Positions 28,941-39,036 of a DNA stretch of 64,000 nucleotides are shown piece by piece. How positions within the stretch are numbered: position 1 is the first letter of the stretch; each line of letters starts with the position of its first letter. Made by a program: the position numbers and the translations under genes. Source of the stretch: Ohtaekwangia sp. Its GTDB lineage: Bacteria; Bacteroidota; Bacteroidia; Cytophagales; Cyclobacteriaceae. Below the pieces are notes generated by a model. It was not told the DNA's origin and did no database searches. It saw only the letters and a list, made by a program, of their open reading frames with translations. Location of the stretch: assembly GCF_036786105.1 (NCBI RefSeq), contig NZ_DAIQRQ010000002.1, positions 16,624 through 80,623 on the forward strand. Direction: 5' to 3'.

Positions 28941-31319
28941 TCATTGCATACGGAGACCTTCTTCAATTTCTTTCAACAGATTGTCGGGGTCAGATACAGA
29001 AAGTGCATTTTGTTCGGGTGTCAGTTGCACGCGCAATGCGTGGAGCCCTGTGGCACCCGGTAATTCTTCCAGCTCCAGTTCTTCTACCGGGCCGGTAATT
29101 AATCCTTTTGCTTTCAGGTAGTGGAAGTAGCGCTTGTACTCTTCTTCTACTTTGGCCTGGTTATATACTATAGCGAGTTTACCGGGTTGTGTAAGACGCT
29201 CGCCTGTATTTTTTATGTGTGCTTTGTCAATGCGCTTCTTTACGATCTCGTAGCGGATGTCGTAGGCGCCATCTACATCGAACTGTTTCTCGTCCGGACG
29301 GAATCGTATAGAGATTGGCTGATCGTGCACCAGGATCAACTGTGTGATCTCCAGTGGCGTTTTCATCTTTGCCTTGAGGGCATCAACTCTGCGGTTGGCT
29401 TCGATCATTACCAGCAATTGCCACAGGCGAAAATTTTTCAGACTGAAAAGATCAAAGGTTTTATCTTTTACCAGCGAGCTGCCCAGGTACATGGTGAACT
29501 CGACACCATCGGTTTTATATTTCTCGAAGTAGTGCGGAAACATTTTCTGTGCTTCGCCCTCCGCTTCATCAAGATAATCCCCAATAGTGGTATTAATCAG
29601 CGAGAGACTTTCTTCAAAAGCCTTTCTGCGTTTGTACACTACCCCAAAAGTTGGGTCGAGGTGTGCACGATAGCGCGAAATTAATTTCTGAAGGTCTTCC
29701 TCTTTTTCGAAGTGCTCAATCATGGGGTTGATCTCAGACTTCAGGAAATCAAGCACGTTGCTTTCATCACCCGAAGCCAGCCCGCCATTAATCTTGCGAA
29801 GCTGCTCGTCTGTTCTGAAGATTACTTCATCCAGCAATGGAAGTTTTTTGGCAGCATTTATTTTATGCAACAACTCCTTGGCAAGCTTCAGATTTTGCTG
29901 CAGGTCGCGTTGTATAGCCGTGTTGCGCTCAATAGAAGAATTGCGTACATCAGCCAAACCGTATAGCGGGTATACATCTTTGAATGCTATTTCTTCCAGT
30001 GTTGCCTTTTCATCGTCTCTTCTGCGATTGAGAAGGTTAAGACCAGCCTCAAAGAAACGCCATTGCACGGTAGGATGAATGGCTGTACATTCTTCCTGTA
30101 TCAATGCACGAACTTCTGTAGACATCTCTTCCTTCACGCGCTTTACCGATGCCGTGAACATGGGCAATGCATTCTCTACCTTATGTGCACTGATGGGATT
30201 GAGTTTGCCGGGTGTAGGAGAGGCAAGCTCCAGCATACCGATGATCTCATCGTTATCGATGAGTGGTGCCAGCAGTATATTTTTAATTCCGTGCGCCAGC
30301 AGTGATTCTTCGATGGGTGATTTAAACGGGTAGTCTGCCAGGTTCTCCACAGTAATGTAGCGTTTCTCCATCCAGCTGCGTTCGTAGATCGAGCCGGTGT
30401 AGTCTCGACAGGCGTTATCGCCTTGTCCGCACATTACGCTGTTCCACGATTCAGTAGAAGGTTTGTTTACGATGATGTTATCGTTCGGATCCAGGTATGC
30501 TATACCGAGGCGGATATCGTTGATACCGAACAGTGAGCGAATCTTGTGTTGTATCTGCTCAAAGCTTTCTCTGCGGATCACCGCATTGCGCTCCAGCAGA
30601 TCGTACTTGATAGACGATAACATCTCCTGCTCTGTAACGTCCACCAATCGCATGATGAGCAATCCGTGAAATTCAAAATCTTCCGGACGTATATACTGCA
30701 GCCACAGATCGGCATCGTATAATTTCTCCATCAGAAATTTAATGACGCTGCGATCAATCGGTTTATATTCTGTTTTGCAAATAATATCGCAGAACTGGTG
30801 CGTGATCTCGATCTTATATACTTTGTCAAGACCGGTTTGTGGATCGGTTAATGTAACCAGTACTGGTCTTGGGTTTTCAGCGATTATGCCGAAGTTCTGA
30901 AATTTCTCCAGTATCATCAGGCATGCACGTATGGTTTTGCCAAGGGTAAGTTTTCCGCCTGGTACATTGGCTTGTGCCTGTTGTTCGAACACGTCAAAGT
31001 TAACAGCGCGGTCTAATGCCGGTGTGCTGTATAACATTTTGAACGTAAAGGGTGGCAGTACAGCTATAAGGTCTGTTTCATCAGTAGCGGAAGGTATAGC
31101 GGCCGTCATGAGAAAGTCGAGGAAAGGTTTATGCTTTTGGTATACTGCATCATCCTCGATAGGCTCGCGCAGTTCAGGGGCATTTTTTATATAGGCTAGT
31201 ATCGTTTCAGAAAAAGCCGGAAACTGCCCTTTTAAAATTCGTTGCTCCCAATGTTCAATGAGCAGACGAAAGCTCAGGCGGCATTTAAACGGGAAGCTAT
31301 AGCGGGTGACGTTGCTCAT
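28941..31319 (-). CDS. large GAF domain-containing protein of unknown function
   Basis: 792 aa with no TM helix or signal peptide. The central segment (...NILLAPLIDNDEIIGMLELASPTPGKL...) is GAF-like. The flanking regions of about 300 and 390 aa have no motifs I recognise. Confidence 0.85.
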   Translation of the reverse strand: MSNVTRYSFPFKCRLSFRLLIEHWEQRILKGQFPAFSETILAYIKNAPELREPIEDDAVYQKHKPFLDFLMTAAIPSATDETDLIAVLPPFTFKMLYSTPALDRAVNFDVFEQQAQANVPGGKLTLGKTIRACLMILEKFQNFGIIAENPRPVLVTLTDPQTGLDKVYKIEITHQFCDIICKTEYKPIDRSVIKFLMEKLYDADLWLQYIRPEDFEFHGLLIMRLVDVTEQEMLSSIKYDLLERNAVIRRESFEQIQHKIRSLFGINDIRLGIAYLDPNDNIIVNKPSTESWNSVMCGQGDNACRDYTGSIYERSWMEKRYITVENLADYPFKSPIEESLLAHGIKNILLAPLIDNDEIIGMLELASPTPGKLNPISAHKVENALPMFTASVKRVKEEMSTEVRALIQEECTAIHPTVQWRFFEAGLNLLNRRRDDEKATLEEIAFKDVYPLYGLADVRNSSIERNTAIQRDLQQNLKLAKELLHKINAAKKLPLLDEVIFRTDEQLRKINGGLASGDESNVLDFLKSEINPMIEHFEKEEDLQKLISRYRAHLDPTFGVVYKRRKAFEESLSLINTTIGDYLDEAEGEAQKMFPHYFEKYKTDGVEFTMYLGSSLVKDKTFDLFSLKNFRLWQLLVMIEANRRVDALKAKMKTPLEITQLILVHDQPISIRFRPDEKQFDVDGAYDIRYEIVKKRIDKAHIKNTGERLTQPGKLAIVYNQAKVEEEYKRYFHYLKAKGLITGPVEELELEELPGATGLHALRVQLTPEQNALSVSDPDNLLKEIEEGLRMQ

Positions 31320-31433
31320 AAAAAACTCGGATGTTTGATAATACGGGGGATTGAACCCGGAGTTTTCTTAAAAAGACGAATGTGTAATCTTTTTAGTGTA
31401 CGATGCTAATATACGGATAACACGGGCCAAAAC

Positions 31434-31465
31434 TTGATTGATCCCGTCATTAGGGGTTAAATTTG
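31434..31465 (+). promoter_or_regulatory. candidate sigma-A promoter: TTG (31434-31436) - 21 nt - TAAATTTG (31458-31465)
   Basis: Good fit to the Bacteroidota -33/-7 consensus, 57 nt upstream of the ATG at 31523. Confidence 0.4.
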
Positions 31466-31522
31466 ACATAAATTACAACCGGGTTCGTCATCGTGGTGTC
31501 TAACTGTCAAATGCCATTAACC

Positions 31523-32245
31523 ATGAAGTGCGGGGCAATTCTATACGTGATAACAGCCTTTCTTTGCTTCGGATGCAACCTGAACAATACCGGGTCACAA
31601 GATCTTGCACTGGAATCCATCGTCTCCGATTTCAGTCATTCACAGGATGGCTGGGAGGCAGATTTTTCTGATTATCCTGCCACAGCAGAAGACTCGCTTA
31701 AATTGAATTTGCAGTTCAGTTATACAAATCTTCCCGCAAATCTGGGTTCTGGCAAATCGATTATGCTATCGGGCACCAACTATAACGATGATCTTTTCAT
31801 GTTCATTAAAAAGAAGGTTAATGGCCTTCGCCCGAATACAGAATACACGCTTACGTTTGAAGTGGAGTTTGCCTCCAATGCTTCTTCGGGTGGCACTTCC
31901 TCCAATGAAGGATCGCCTGGTGAGAGTGTATTTCTTAAAGCCGGTGCAGTTGCTGTGGAGCCTTCCAAGATCGTGCGCGAGAGCGACTACGTGCTTAATA
32001 TAGACAAAGGTCAATTGTTATACGGCGGGCAAAACATGATTGTGCTGGGTAATATTGCTGCCGGTCAAAATGCAAGTAATTATACATTACTTACCCGCAC
32101 CAATGCCAACAACCTTGTGCCTTTTACGGCTATCACCAACAGTGCCGGAGAGCTGTGGCTCATTGTAGGTACAGATTCAGGCTTTAGCGGAACCACTACG
32201 ATATACTATACCAAAGTGAGCGTAGTACTTAGCGCTACCGTGTGA
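31523..32245 (+). CDS. hypothetical lipoprotein (beta-sandwich-like)
   Basis: The ATG at 31523 gives lipoprotein signal MKCGAILYVITAFLCFGC. Beta-rich, with a Ser/Gly-rich insert. The GTG at 31493 is less likely. Confidence 0.6.
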   Translation: MKCGAILYVITAFLCFGCNLNNTGSQDLALESIVSDFSHSQDGWEADFSDYPATAEDSLKLNLQFSYTNLPANLGSGKSIMLSGTNYNDDLFMFIKKKVNGLRPNTEYTLTFEVEFASNASSGGTSSNEGSPGESVFLKAGAVAVEPSKIVRESDYVLNIDKGQLLYGGQNMIVLGNIAAGQNASNYTLLTRTNANNLVPFTAITNSAGELWLIVGTDSGFSGTTTIYYTKVSVVLSATV

Positions 32246-32444
32246 TGTTGTTACAGCTACCGAACAGGAGTAAGTGACATCAGTGTTTTATGTCATTATA
32301 TTTTTTCACAGTTACACCTGTTTATATCATTATCGCTCTGGAAGAATTACAATAGAGGTAGCATTCCATTAAATTTTTTGCATCGCAGAGTAAAGTGGGT
32401 AAAAGTTGTTTTAATTTTCACACGGGTATATTTTAATCAACGTC

Positions 32445-33242
32445 ATGAAACATTCAAAGATTGCCATTATAGGCGGAGGGAACCTGGGAGCTGCCATTGC
32501 AGAGGGATTGATCAAGAGTCAGTTTGTAGCACCGCAGCAGATAACCGTTACACGAAGAAACGTAGAAGCCCTTCAGCCGCTTGAAGCGCTGGGCGTAACT
32601 ATTACGAGCGATAACCAGCAAGCTATACAAAACAGTGAAGTGATCATTGTAGCGCTCAAGCCCTATAATGTGAAAGAAGTGCTGGAAAGCTTGAAGAAGA
32701 ACTTTGATCCGAAACGCCACATCATCATCAGCGTAGTGACCGGTATCTTTTTAAAAGATCTTGCCGCTATAGTGGATCATGGCGTGCCTATCTTCCGTGC
32801 CATGCCCAATACAGCCATTGCTATACAGGAGTCTGTTACATGCATGTGTCATCAGGGTGCGAATGCTGAGCAGGTAAAATATGTTACCGATCTGTTCGAT
32901 CAGTTAGGTATTACAATCGCGATCGATGAAAAGCTGATGGATGCAGCTACAGTGCTCGGTGCATGTGGTATTGCGTATGCCTTGCGTTTTATACGCGCCT
33001 CTACTCAAGGGGGTATAGAAATAGGCTTTGATGCCAAGACAGCTAATCTTATTGCTGCACAAACTGTAAAAGGCGCTGCCGAATTGTTGTTGAAACTAGG
33101 CCGCCACCCGGAGGCTGAAATCGATAAGGTGACCACTCCCAAGGGATGCACCATTGTAGGCTTGAATGAAATGGAACATCAGGGTTTCAGCTCATCGCTC
33201 ATCAAAGGTATAGGAGCTTCTTACGATAAAATTGTGAAGTAA
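32445..33242 (+). CDS. proC: pyrroline-5-carboxylate reductase
   Basis: 265 aa with the N-terminal Rossmann motif IAIIGGGNLG and the C-terminal P5CR dimerisation-domain signature TTPKGCT. Confidence 0.9.
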   Translation: MKHSKIAIIGGGNLGAAIAEGLIKSQFVAPQQITVTRRNVEALQPLEALGVTITSDNQQAIQNSEVIIVALKPYNVKEVLESLKKNFDPKRHIIISVVTGIFLKDLAAIVDHGVPIFRAMPNTAIAIQESVTCMCHQGANAEQVKYVTDLFDQLGITIAIDEKLMDAATVLGACGIAYALRFIRASTQGGIEIGFDAKTANLIAAQTVKGAAELLLKLGRHPEAEIDKVTTPKGCTIVGLNEMEHQGFSSSLIKGIGASYDKIVK

Positions 33243-33716
33243 CTAGAACCGGATACGCACTTCATCGGTATACTTTACCGGCACACGGAAGGGTATACCA
33301 TGATAGGTGAGCTTGAGAGATCCTTCGTATCGTACTTCAAATTTTTTGCCGCCCAGCACGCCCAGTAATGTATCGAAGAACCCCAGTTCTTTAATGGCTA
33401 ACTGTACTTCCAGCGGTACACTGAACTCGCCATTAGCTGGTATCAGCGTATGAAGTTTCTGATCAATCTTACCGGCCTTTTTACCATTCACGTATATATC
33501 AACTTTTATCTTTTTGAGCCGGCCCTGTTTGTTGTTGGGGTTGAAGAAGATAGCCGTTGCCCGCAGGCGCGGGTCAGTATTGGCGTCTACTACAACATCG
33601 CGTATCTGCTTGAGCTTTATCTCTTCGTAGTCACCGGTTTTACATCCGTAAAGCACAGCGCCAAAGAGTATAATAATCGTGAATCGAACGAATAAGGTAA
33701 AGATGTTGTTAGTCAT
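33243..33716 (-). CDS. LEA type-2 / WHy-like lipoprotein
   Basis: The ATG at 33716 gives a lipoprotein signal (LFGAVLYGC). The beta-sandwich pattern resembles LEA14/NDR1-like proteins. The longer ORF starting at 33743 would include the tpx terminator hairpin. Confidence 0.55.
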   Translation of the reverse strand: MTNNIFTLFVRFTIIILFGAVLYGCKTGDYEEIKLKQIRDVVVDANTDPRLRATAIFFNPNNKQGRLKKIKVDIYVNGKKAGKIDQKLHTLIPANGEFSVPLEVQLAIKELGFFDTLLGVLGGKKFEVRYEGSLKLTYHGIPFRVPVKYTDEVRIRF

Positions 33717-33731
33717 GCGTAGAAGATGATG

Positions 33732-33756
33732 TCCCCGCACCAATAACGTGCGGGGA
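33732..33756 (-). terminator. rho-independent terminator after tpx
   Basis: 9-bp GC-rich stem TCCCCGCAC / GTGCGGGGA with a 7-nt loop. Confidence 0.6.
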
Positions 33757-33783
33757 TATAAAGTATTTCTGATGGAGATAATT

Positions 33784-34284
33784 TTACCCGATAGCGTTTA
33801 ATGCGGCATCGTAGTTCGGTTCCTGGCCAATAACCGGTACTACTTCGGTATATTTAACTTTCCCCTGTTTGTCGATCACCACAATGCAGCGGGCTAATAA
33901 TCCAGCCAAACCGCCATCAACCATTTCAACACCGTAGTTTTTAGAGAAACCTTTGTTACGGAAGTCTGAAAGAGTAACAACTTTATCGATCCCTTCAGCA
34001 GCACAGAAACGTTTGAAGGCAAACGGCAGATCCTTGGAAACGCTGAGGATAAATGTATCCGGCTTTTCGGCGGCCCGCTTATTGAATGTACGAACCGAAG
34101 TAGCGCATACACCGGTGTCGATGCTCGGGAAGATATTCAGGATAATATTTTTGCCTGCATAGTCTTTCAGCGAATGCTCCTTCAGGTCTGTGCCAACGAG
34201 TATAAAGTCTGCGGCCTGAGAGCCTACAGCCGGTAAATTTCCATTGGTATTTACTACGTTCTCACCAAGTTTTGTTTGTGCCAT
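33784..34284 (-). CDS. tpx: thiol peroxidase
   Basis: 166 aa with peroxidatic Cys context PSIDTGVCA and resolving Cys context FCAAEG. Confidence 0.9.
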   Translation of the reverse strand: MAQTKLGENVVNTNGNLPAVGSQAADFILVGTDLKEHSLKDYAGKNIILNIFPSIDTGVCATSVRTFNKRAAEKPDTFILSVSKDLPFAFKRFCAAEGIDKVVTLSDFRNKGFSKNYGVEMVDGGLAGLLARCIVVIDKQGKVKYTEVVPVIGQEPNYDAALNAIG

Positions 34285-34464
34285 ATAAAGAAAATTTAAA
34301 TGTGTTGAATTTGGTATAACAGGACTTCAGCAGCCAGTGTTCAAAATTAATTATGTTCATCGTATGGCATAATTTTATTTTTATATAATTCAGTGGTATG
34401 GTGTAGAGTGAACTGAAATGCTGATATTTAGAAGCAATATTATAAGTATTAAAAACCCGCTCGC

Positions 34465-36642
34465 ATGAGCAAGAAGAAAAAAGAAACAAAACCCAAAAAA
34501 GCGAAAGGCAAAGAGTTGAAGAAACTTTTGCAAAGCTCCATTCTCGACATCCTGGATAATGCTTCGGGCAAAGGCTATAGCATGAAGCAGATTATTAAAA
34601 AATTAGGCCTGAAGAAAAGAGACGATATAAAGCAGGCCACCCTGCTGATCTATGAACTGACAGACGATGAGCGTATTAAAGAACTAAAGAACGGCAGCTA
34701 TACTTCCAACCGCCCGGTAGAGGAACTAACCGGTATTGTAGATCACGTAAGTTCACGCTTTGCCTACGTGCGCATTGGTGCAGACAAGGAAGATATATTT
34801 GTTAAAGCGCGCGACATGGGTTCGGCTGTAGACGGTGACACCGTAAAGCTCGAGGTATTACCCACGCGCCATGGCGACCACGCCGAAGGAAAAATCACCG
34901 AGGTGATCAGACGAAATCGTACCCGCTATGTTGGCAAAATCGAGCTCTCCAAGAACTTTGCCTTTGTTGTACCCGATTATCGCAAGATGCATCAGGATTT
35001 CTTTGTATACCCCGAGAATATCAACGGTGCCCGTAATGGCGACAAAGTAATTATTGAAGTTACTTCCTGGGCAGAACACGATCGAAAACCCGAGGCCAAA
35101 GTAGTGGATGTGCTCGGCAAGGCCGGTGAAAATGAAGCGGAAATACACTCCATCATGGCAGAGTTTGGTTTGCCGTTCAAATTTCCGGAGCAGGTAGAGA
35201 AAGAATCAGAAGCTATTGAAGAAGGCATCAACAAGAAAGAGATCAAAAAGCGCTGGGATTTCCGCGAGATAACAACGTTTACGATCGACCCACTGGATGC
35301 AAAGGATTTTGATGATGCGTTATCGTTCAGAAAACTGGATGGCGGTGGTTATGAAATTGGTGTACATATAGCCGATGTTACGCACTATGTTGATATGAAG
35401 TCGGAGCTTGAGAAAGAAGCGTACGATCGTGCTACGTCAGTATATCTTGTTGACCGCACTATACCCATGCTCCCCGAGCGACTCTCCAATGGTTTATGTT
35501 CCCTTCGCCCGAATGAAGACAAGCTTACCTTTTCAGCTGTATTTGAAATGGACGATAAAGGAAAGATCAAAAAAGAATGGTTTGGCAGAACGATCATTCA
35601 CTCCAACAGACGCTTTACATACGAGGAGGCACAGGAAGTTCTGGAGACCGGTAAAGGCGATTATGCCGAAGAGCTGATCATTTTGAATACACTGGCTAAA
35701 AAACTTCGTAAAGAACGTTTCAGCAAAGGTGCTGTGAACTTTGAAACCACGGAAGTAAAGTTCAAACTCGATGAAAAAGGTAAACCCCTTGCCGTAATTC
35801 CGAAGGTAAGAAAGGATGCACATAAACTGATTGAAGAGTTCATGCTGCTCGCCAACAAACAGGTGGCAACCTTTATATACAACTATAAAAAAGGTAAAGA
35901 GAAGAATACATTTGTATACCGTATCCACGATTTTCCTGATCCGGATAAGGTGAAAGACTTCTCGGTATTTGCCAAACAGTTTGGCCATAACATGAATGTA
36001 GAGGAGCAGTCGATAAGCCGTTCGTTGAATAAACTGATGGAAGAGATTGAAGGCAAACCCGAGCAAAATATACTCGAACAACTGGCTATTCGCACCATGG
36101 CGAAAGCGAAGTATTCTACGGAAGCAAAAGGACATTTCGGGTTGGCATTTGAACATTACTCACATTTTACCTCTCCCATCCGCCGGTATCCGGATATGAT
36201 GGTACATCGGCTGCTGCAACATTACCTCGATGATGGCAAGCCGCTGAGTCAAAATGAATATGAAGAGAAATGTGTTCACTCATCAGAGCGCGAGAAACGC
36301 GCTGCCGATGCTGAGCGTGCATCGATCAAATACAAGCAGGTAGAGTTCATGGCCACGGCCGAGAACAAAGTATACGAAGGTCTGATCTCCGGGGTAACCG
36401 AGTGGGGGTTGTATGTGGAGATTGTGGAGACGAAATGTGAAGGTATGATCCGTATGTCCGATCTCACCGATGATTTCTATGAATTTGACGAGCGCAGGTA
36501 TCGCATTGTTGGCCGCAAGCGCAAGAAGATTTATACCCTGGGTGACCGTATCAAGGTACGGGTAAAGAAAACAGATATAGACAAGCGACTGATCGATTTG
36601 ATCTTTGCCGACCAGGTAACAAAAAAGACTTTCGAAGATTAA
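34465..36642 (+). CDS. rnr: ribonuclease R
   Basis: 725 aa with a Lys-rich N-terminus, cold-shock-like domains, RNB catalytic-domain motifs (IDPLDAKDFDDALS, YLVDRTIPMLP) and a C-terminal S1 domain. Confidence 0.95.
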   Translation: MSKKKKETKPKKAKGKELKKLLQSSILDILDNASGKGYSMKQIIKKLGLKKRDDIKQATLLIYELTDDERIKELKNGSYTSNRPVEELTGIVDHVSSRFAYVRIGADKEDIFVKARDMGSAVDGDTVKLEVLPTRHGDHAEGKITEVIRRNRTRYVGKIELSKNFAFVVPDYRKMHQDFFVYPENINGARNGDKVIIEVTSWAEHDRKPEAKVVDVLGKAGENEAEIHSIMAEFGLPFKFPEQVEKESEAIEEGINKKEIKKRWDFREITTFTIDPLDAKDFDDALSFRKLDGGGYEIGVHIADVTHYVDMKSELEKEAYDRATSVYLVDRTIPMLPERLSNGLCSLRPNEDKLTFSAVFEMDDKGKIKKEWFGRTIIHSNRRFTYEEAQEVLETGKGDYAEELIILNTLAKKLRKERFSKGAVNFETTEVKFKLDEKGKPLAVIPKVRKDAHKLIEEFMLLANKQVATFIYNYKKGKEKNTFVYRIHDFPDPDKVKDFSVFAKQFGHNMNVEEQSISRSLNKLMEEIEGKPEQNILEQLAIRTMAKAKYSTEAKGHFGLAFEHYSHFTSPIRRYPDMMVHRLLQHYLDDGKPLSQNEYEEKCVHSSEREKRAADAERASIKYKQVEFMATAENKVYEGLISGVTEWGLYVEIVETKCEGMIRMSDLTDDFYEFDERRYRIVGRKRKKIYTLGDRIKVRVKKTDIDKRLIDLIFADQVTKKTFED

Positions 36643-36687
36643 ATCAAATTGCCACCTTCGCGGGTTATTTATCATGCACTGATCTTT

Positions 36688-37662
36688 ATGCAGCAACTTA
36701 AAACCTACCACTCTTTATTGGAGAAGGAGATCGCGAAGCAAAAATATGGTAAGCAGCCCGCATCGCTTTATGAGCCCATCCGTTACCTGATGGGCCTGGG
36801 AGGCAAACGCCTTCGGCCGATGCTTGCCCTGCTGTCGTATTCGCTCTATAAAACCGATACACCCTCCGTTGTGCCCTATGCAGTTGCCGTGGAGGCGTTT
36901 CATAATTTCACGCTTATGCACGATGACATTATGGATAAAGCTCCCTTGCGCCGGGGAAAGCAAACCGTTCATGAAAAATGGAATGTAAATACTGCGATTA
37001 TATCCGGCGATGTAATGGTGGTGAAGGTATATGAAATGTTTACATCCCTCGAACCCGTTATACTGCAACGCGTGCTCAAAGCATTCAGCCAGTGCGCTGC
37101 AGAAGTATGCGAAGGCCAGCAGTGGGACATGGAGTTTGAGATTACCGAAAAAGTTACCGAAGCACAGTACATTAACATGATTCGCCAGAAAACAGCAGTG
37201 CTTCTCGGTTTCAGCCTGGAGTTAGGTGCTATACTGGCAGGTGCCCCTGATGAAGATCGTGTCGCCCTGCGTGACTTCGGAACCAACATCGGCATTGGTT
37301 TTCAATTGAAAGATGATCTGCTTGATGCCTATGCCGACCCTGAGAAATTTGGCAAGCAGATAGGTGGCGATATCATTGCAAACAAAAAGACCTTTTTGTT
37401 AATCAAGGCGTGCGAAAAGGCAACTGGTAAAACGAAACGTGAACTAACCGAATGGCTTACCGCCAGCAAGTTTAATAAGAATAAAAAAGTAGCCGCAGTA
37501 AAGTCCATTTATGATACCCTCGGAATACCCGAGCTTACCCAGAAAAAAGTAGATCAGTTTTTCAAGAAAGGTTTCGATAGTCTCGATCGCCTCGCGATTA
37601 ACACCGAGGCCAAAGCTGTGCTGCGCCGGTATGCTGAAGCATTGATCGAGCGGCAGTCGTAA
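36688..37662 (+). CDS. polyprenyl diphosphate synthase (trans-IPPS family)
   Basis: Both aspartate-rich motifs are present (LMHDDIMD and FQLKDDLLD). I prefer the ATG at 36688, because the ORF-track start at 36649 lies only 6 nt after the rnr stop. Confidence 0.85.
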   Translation: MQQLKTYHSLLEKEIAKQKYGKQPASLYEPIRYLMGLGGKRLRPMLALLSYSLYKTDTPSVVPYAVAVEAFHNFTLMHDDIMDKAPLRRGKQTVHEKWNVNTAIISGDVMVVKVYEMFTSLEPVILQRVLKAFSQCAAEVCEGQQWDMEFEITEKVTEAQYINMIRQKTAVLLGFSLELGAILAGAPDEDRVALRDFGTNIGIGFQLKDDLLDAYADPEKFGKQIGGDIIANKKTFLLIKACEKATGKTKRELTEWLTASKFNKNKKVAAVKSIYDTLGIPELTQKKVDQFFKKGFDSLDRLAINTEAKAVLRRYAEALIERQS

Positions 37663-37781
37663 TCTTTCTTTCATGCTTTGTGTGTGCAAGACACATCCGC
37701 TTTTGATCGAAATTTTTTACGGGTGGTTTTATAGAGCGCAGTGATCGCTGTATCTTTCTTTTAGTCTTTCACAACCAATCT

Positions 37782-38975
37782 ATGAAACCACTTGTTTTTG
37801 CAAAGCTGTCGTTCATGATGCTTCTCGAATATTTTATTTGGGGAGCCTGGTACGTAACGATGGGTACCTATATGTCAACCTTCCTGCATTCTACAGGTAT
37901 TCAGATAGGTGCAGCGTATAGTGCACTGGCTATTGCTACCATGATCTCTCCGTTTTTTATAGGGCTGGTGGCCGATCGTTACTTTGCGGCACAACGGATT
38001 ATGGGTGTGTTGCATTTAGCAGGCGCTGTGCTGCTATATTTTGCAACACAGGTGGTAGATAACACTGCGTTTTACTGGATCATTCTTTTTTACTCCTTGC
38101 TATATATGCCAACCATTGCATTGTCTAACAGTATAGCGTTTCACCAGCTGACCGATCCCGGTAAACAATTTCCGTGGATACGTGTATTCGGCACGGTAGG
38201 ATGGATCATTGCCGGTATCATGATTGGTGTACTATCCATTGAAAAAACACCGCAGACATTTTACCTCGCGGCCATCGCTTCTGCCTTGTTAGGTATAAGT
38301 AGCTTTACGCTTCCAAACACACCACCAAAAGGAAAGTCATTGGAAGCTTCCAGTGCTATGGGAGCAGAAGCCTTTGTGTTATTTACCGATAGGCCTTATT
38401 TTATCTTTTTCATTGCTGCTGTTCTGGTATGTATACCGCTTTCATTTTACTATGGTTTTGCCAACCTCTTCTTGAACGAAGCAGGCATGCACAATGCAGC
38501 CGGAAAGATGATTATAGGTCAGGCATCGGAAGCGATCTTTATTCTGGCTATTCCCTTTCTTTTTAATAGCATCGGTGTAAAGAAAATGCTGCTGCTCGGT
38601 ATGGTGGCCTGGATACTTCGTTATCTATGCTTCGCTTATGGCAATGTAGATGCTTCGTTGTGGATGCTATATGCCGGCATTGCATTGCACGGCATCTGCT
38701 ATGATTTCTTCTTTGTAACAGGTTATATGTATACCGAAAAGAAAGCAGGAGAGAAGATTAAGAATGCGGCACAGGGACTGTTTACGTTTGCCACCTATGG
38801 AGCCGGTATGTTTATAGGAACGTGGTTCTCCGGTTTTACTACCGATCATTACACAACCAATGGCGTTCACCACTGGAAAGAAATCTGGTTCGTGCCGGTA
38901 TATATTGCCATCGCTGTGTTGCTGTACTTTGTTTTCTTCTTTAAGGAAAAAGACGAAGTGAAACAAGCTGCGTAG
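37782..38975 (+). CDS. NupG/XapB-like nucleoside:H+ symporter family MFS transporter
   Basis: 397 aa with 12 predicted TM helices. The N-terminal signature LSFMMLLEYFIWGAWYVTMGTYM is characteristic of the nucleoside permease family. Confidence 0.75.
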   Translation: MKPLVFAKLSFMMLLEYFIWGAWYVTMGTYMSTFLHSTGIQIGAAYSALAIATMISPFFIGLVADRYFAAQRIMGVLHLAGAVLLYFATQVVDNTAFYWIILFYSLLYMPTIALSNSIAFHQLTDPGKQFPWIRVFGTVGWIIAGIMIGVLSIEKTPQTFYLAAIASALLGISSFTLPNTPPKGKSLEASSAMGAEAFVLFTDRPYFIFFIAAVLVCIPLSFYYGFANLFLNEAGMHNAAGKMIIGQASEAIFILAIPFLFNSIGVKKMLLLGMVAWILRYLCFAYGNVDASLWMLYAGIALHGICYDFFFVTGYMYTEKKAGEKIKNAAQGLFTFATYGAGMFIGTWFSGFTTDHYTTNGVHHWKEIWFVPVYIAIAVLLYFVFFFKEKDEVKQAA

Positions 38976-39036
38976 ATATCCGCAGTATACATTTCGAGAA
39001 CAAGAGAATTAATCCAATAAAAAAAACTACACCATT

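Noticed and set aside
28895-28966. Longer start for the lipoprotein gene (MKKVSVCNELFF...)
   Set aside because: It would overlap the GAF gene 3' end by 26 nt and place a non-signal-like extension before a canonical lipoprotein signal that begins at the ATG at 28894.
29121-29684. 187-aa plus-strand ORF, together with several shorter ORFs, antisense within the GAF gene
   Set aside because: These are shadow ORFs. The minus-strand 792-aa frame is uninterrupted and protein-like.
31345-31360. tRNA T-arm-like string GGGGGATTGAACCCGG
   Set aside because: No acceptor stem, D-arm or anticodon arm can be built around it. It sits in the divergent promoter region.
35533-36156. 207-aa minus-strand ORF inside rnr
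   Set aside because: It is an antisense shadow of a strongly supported RNase R gene, and the translation is Phe/Leu-rich with low complexity.
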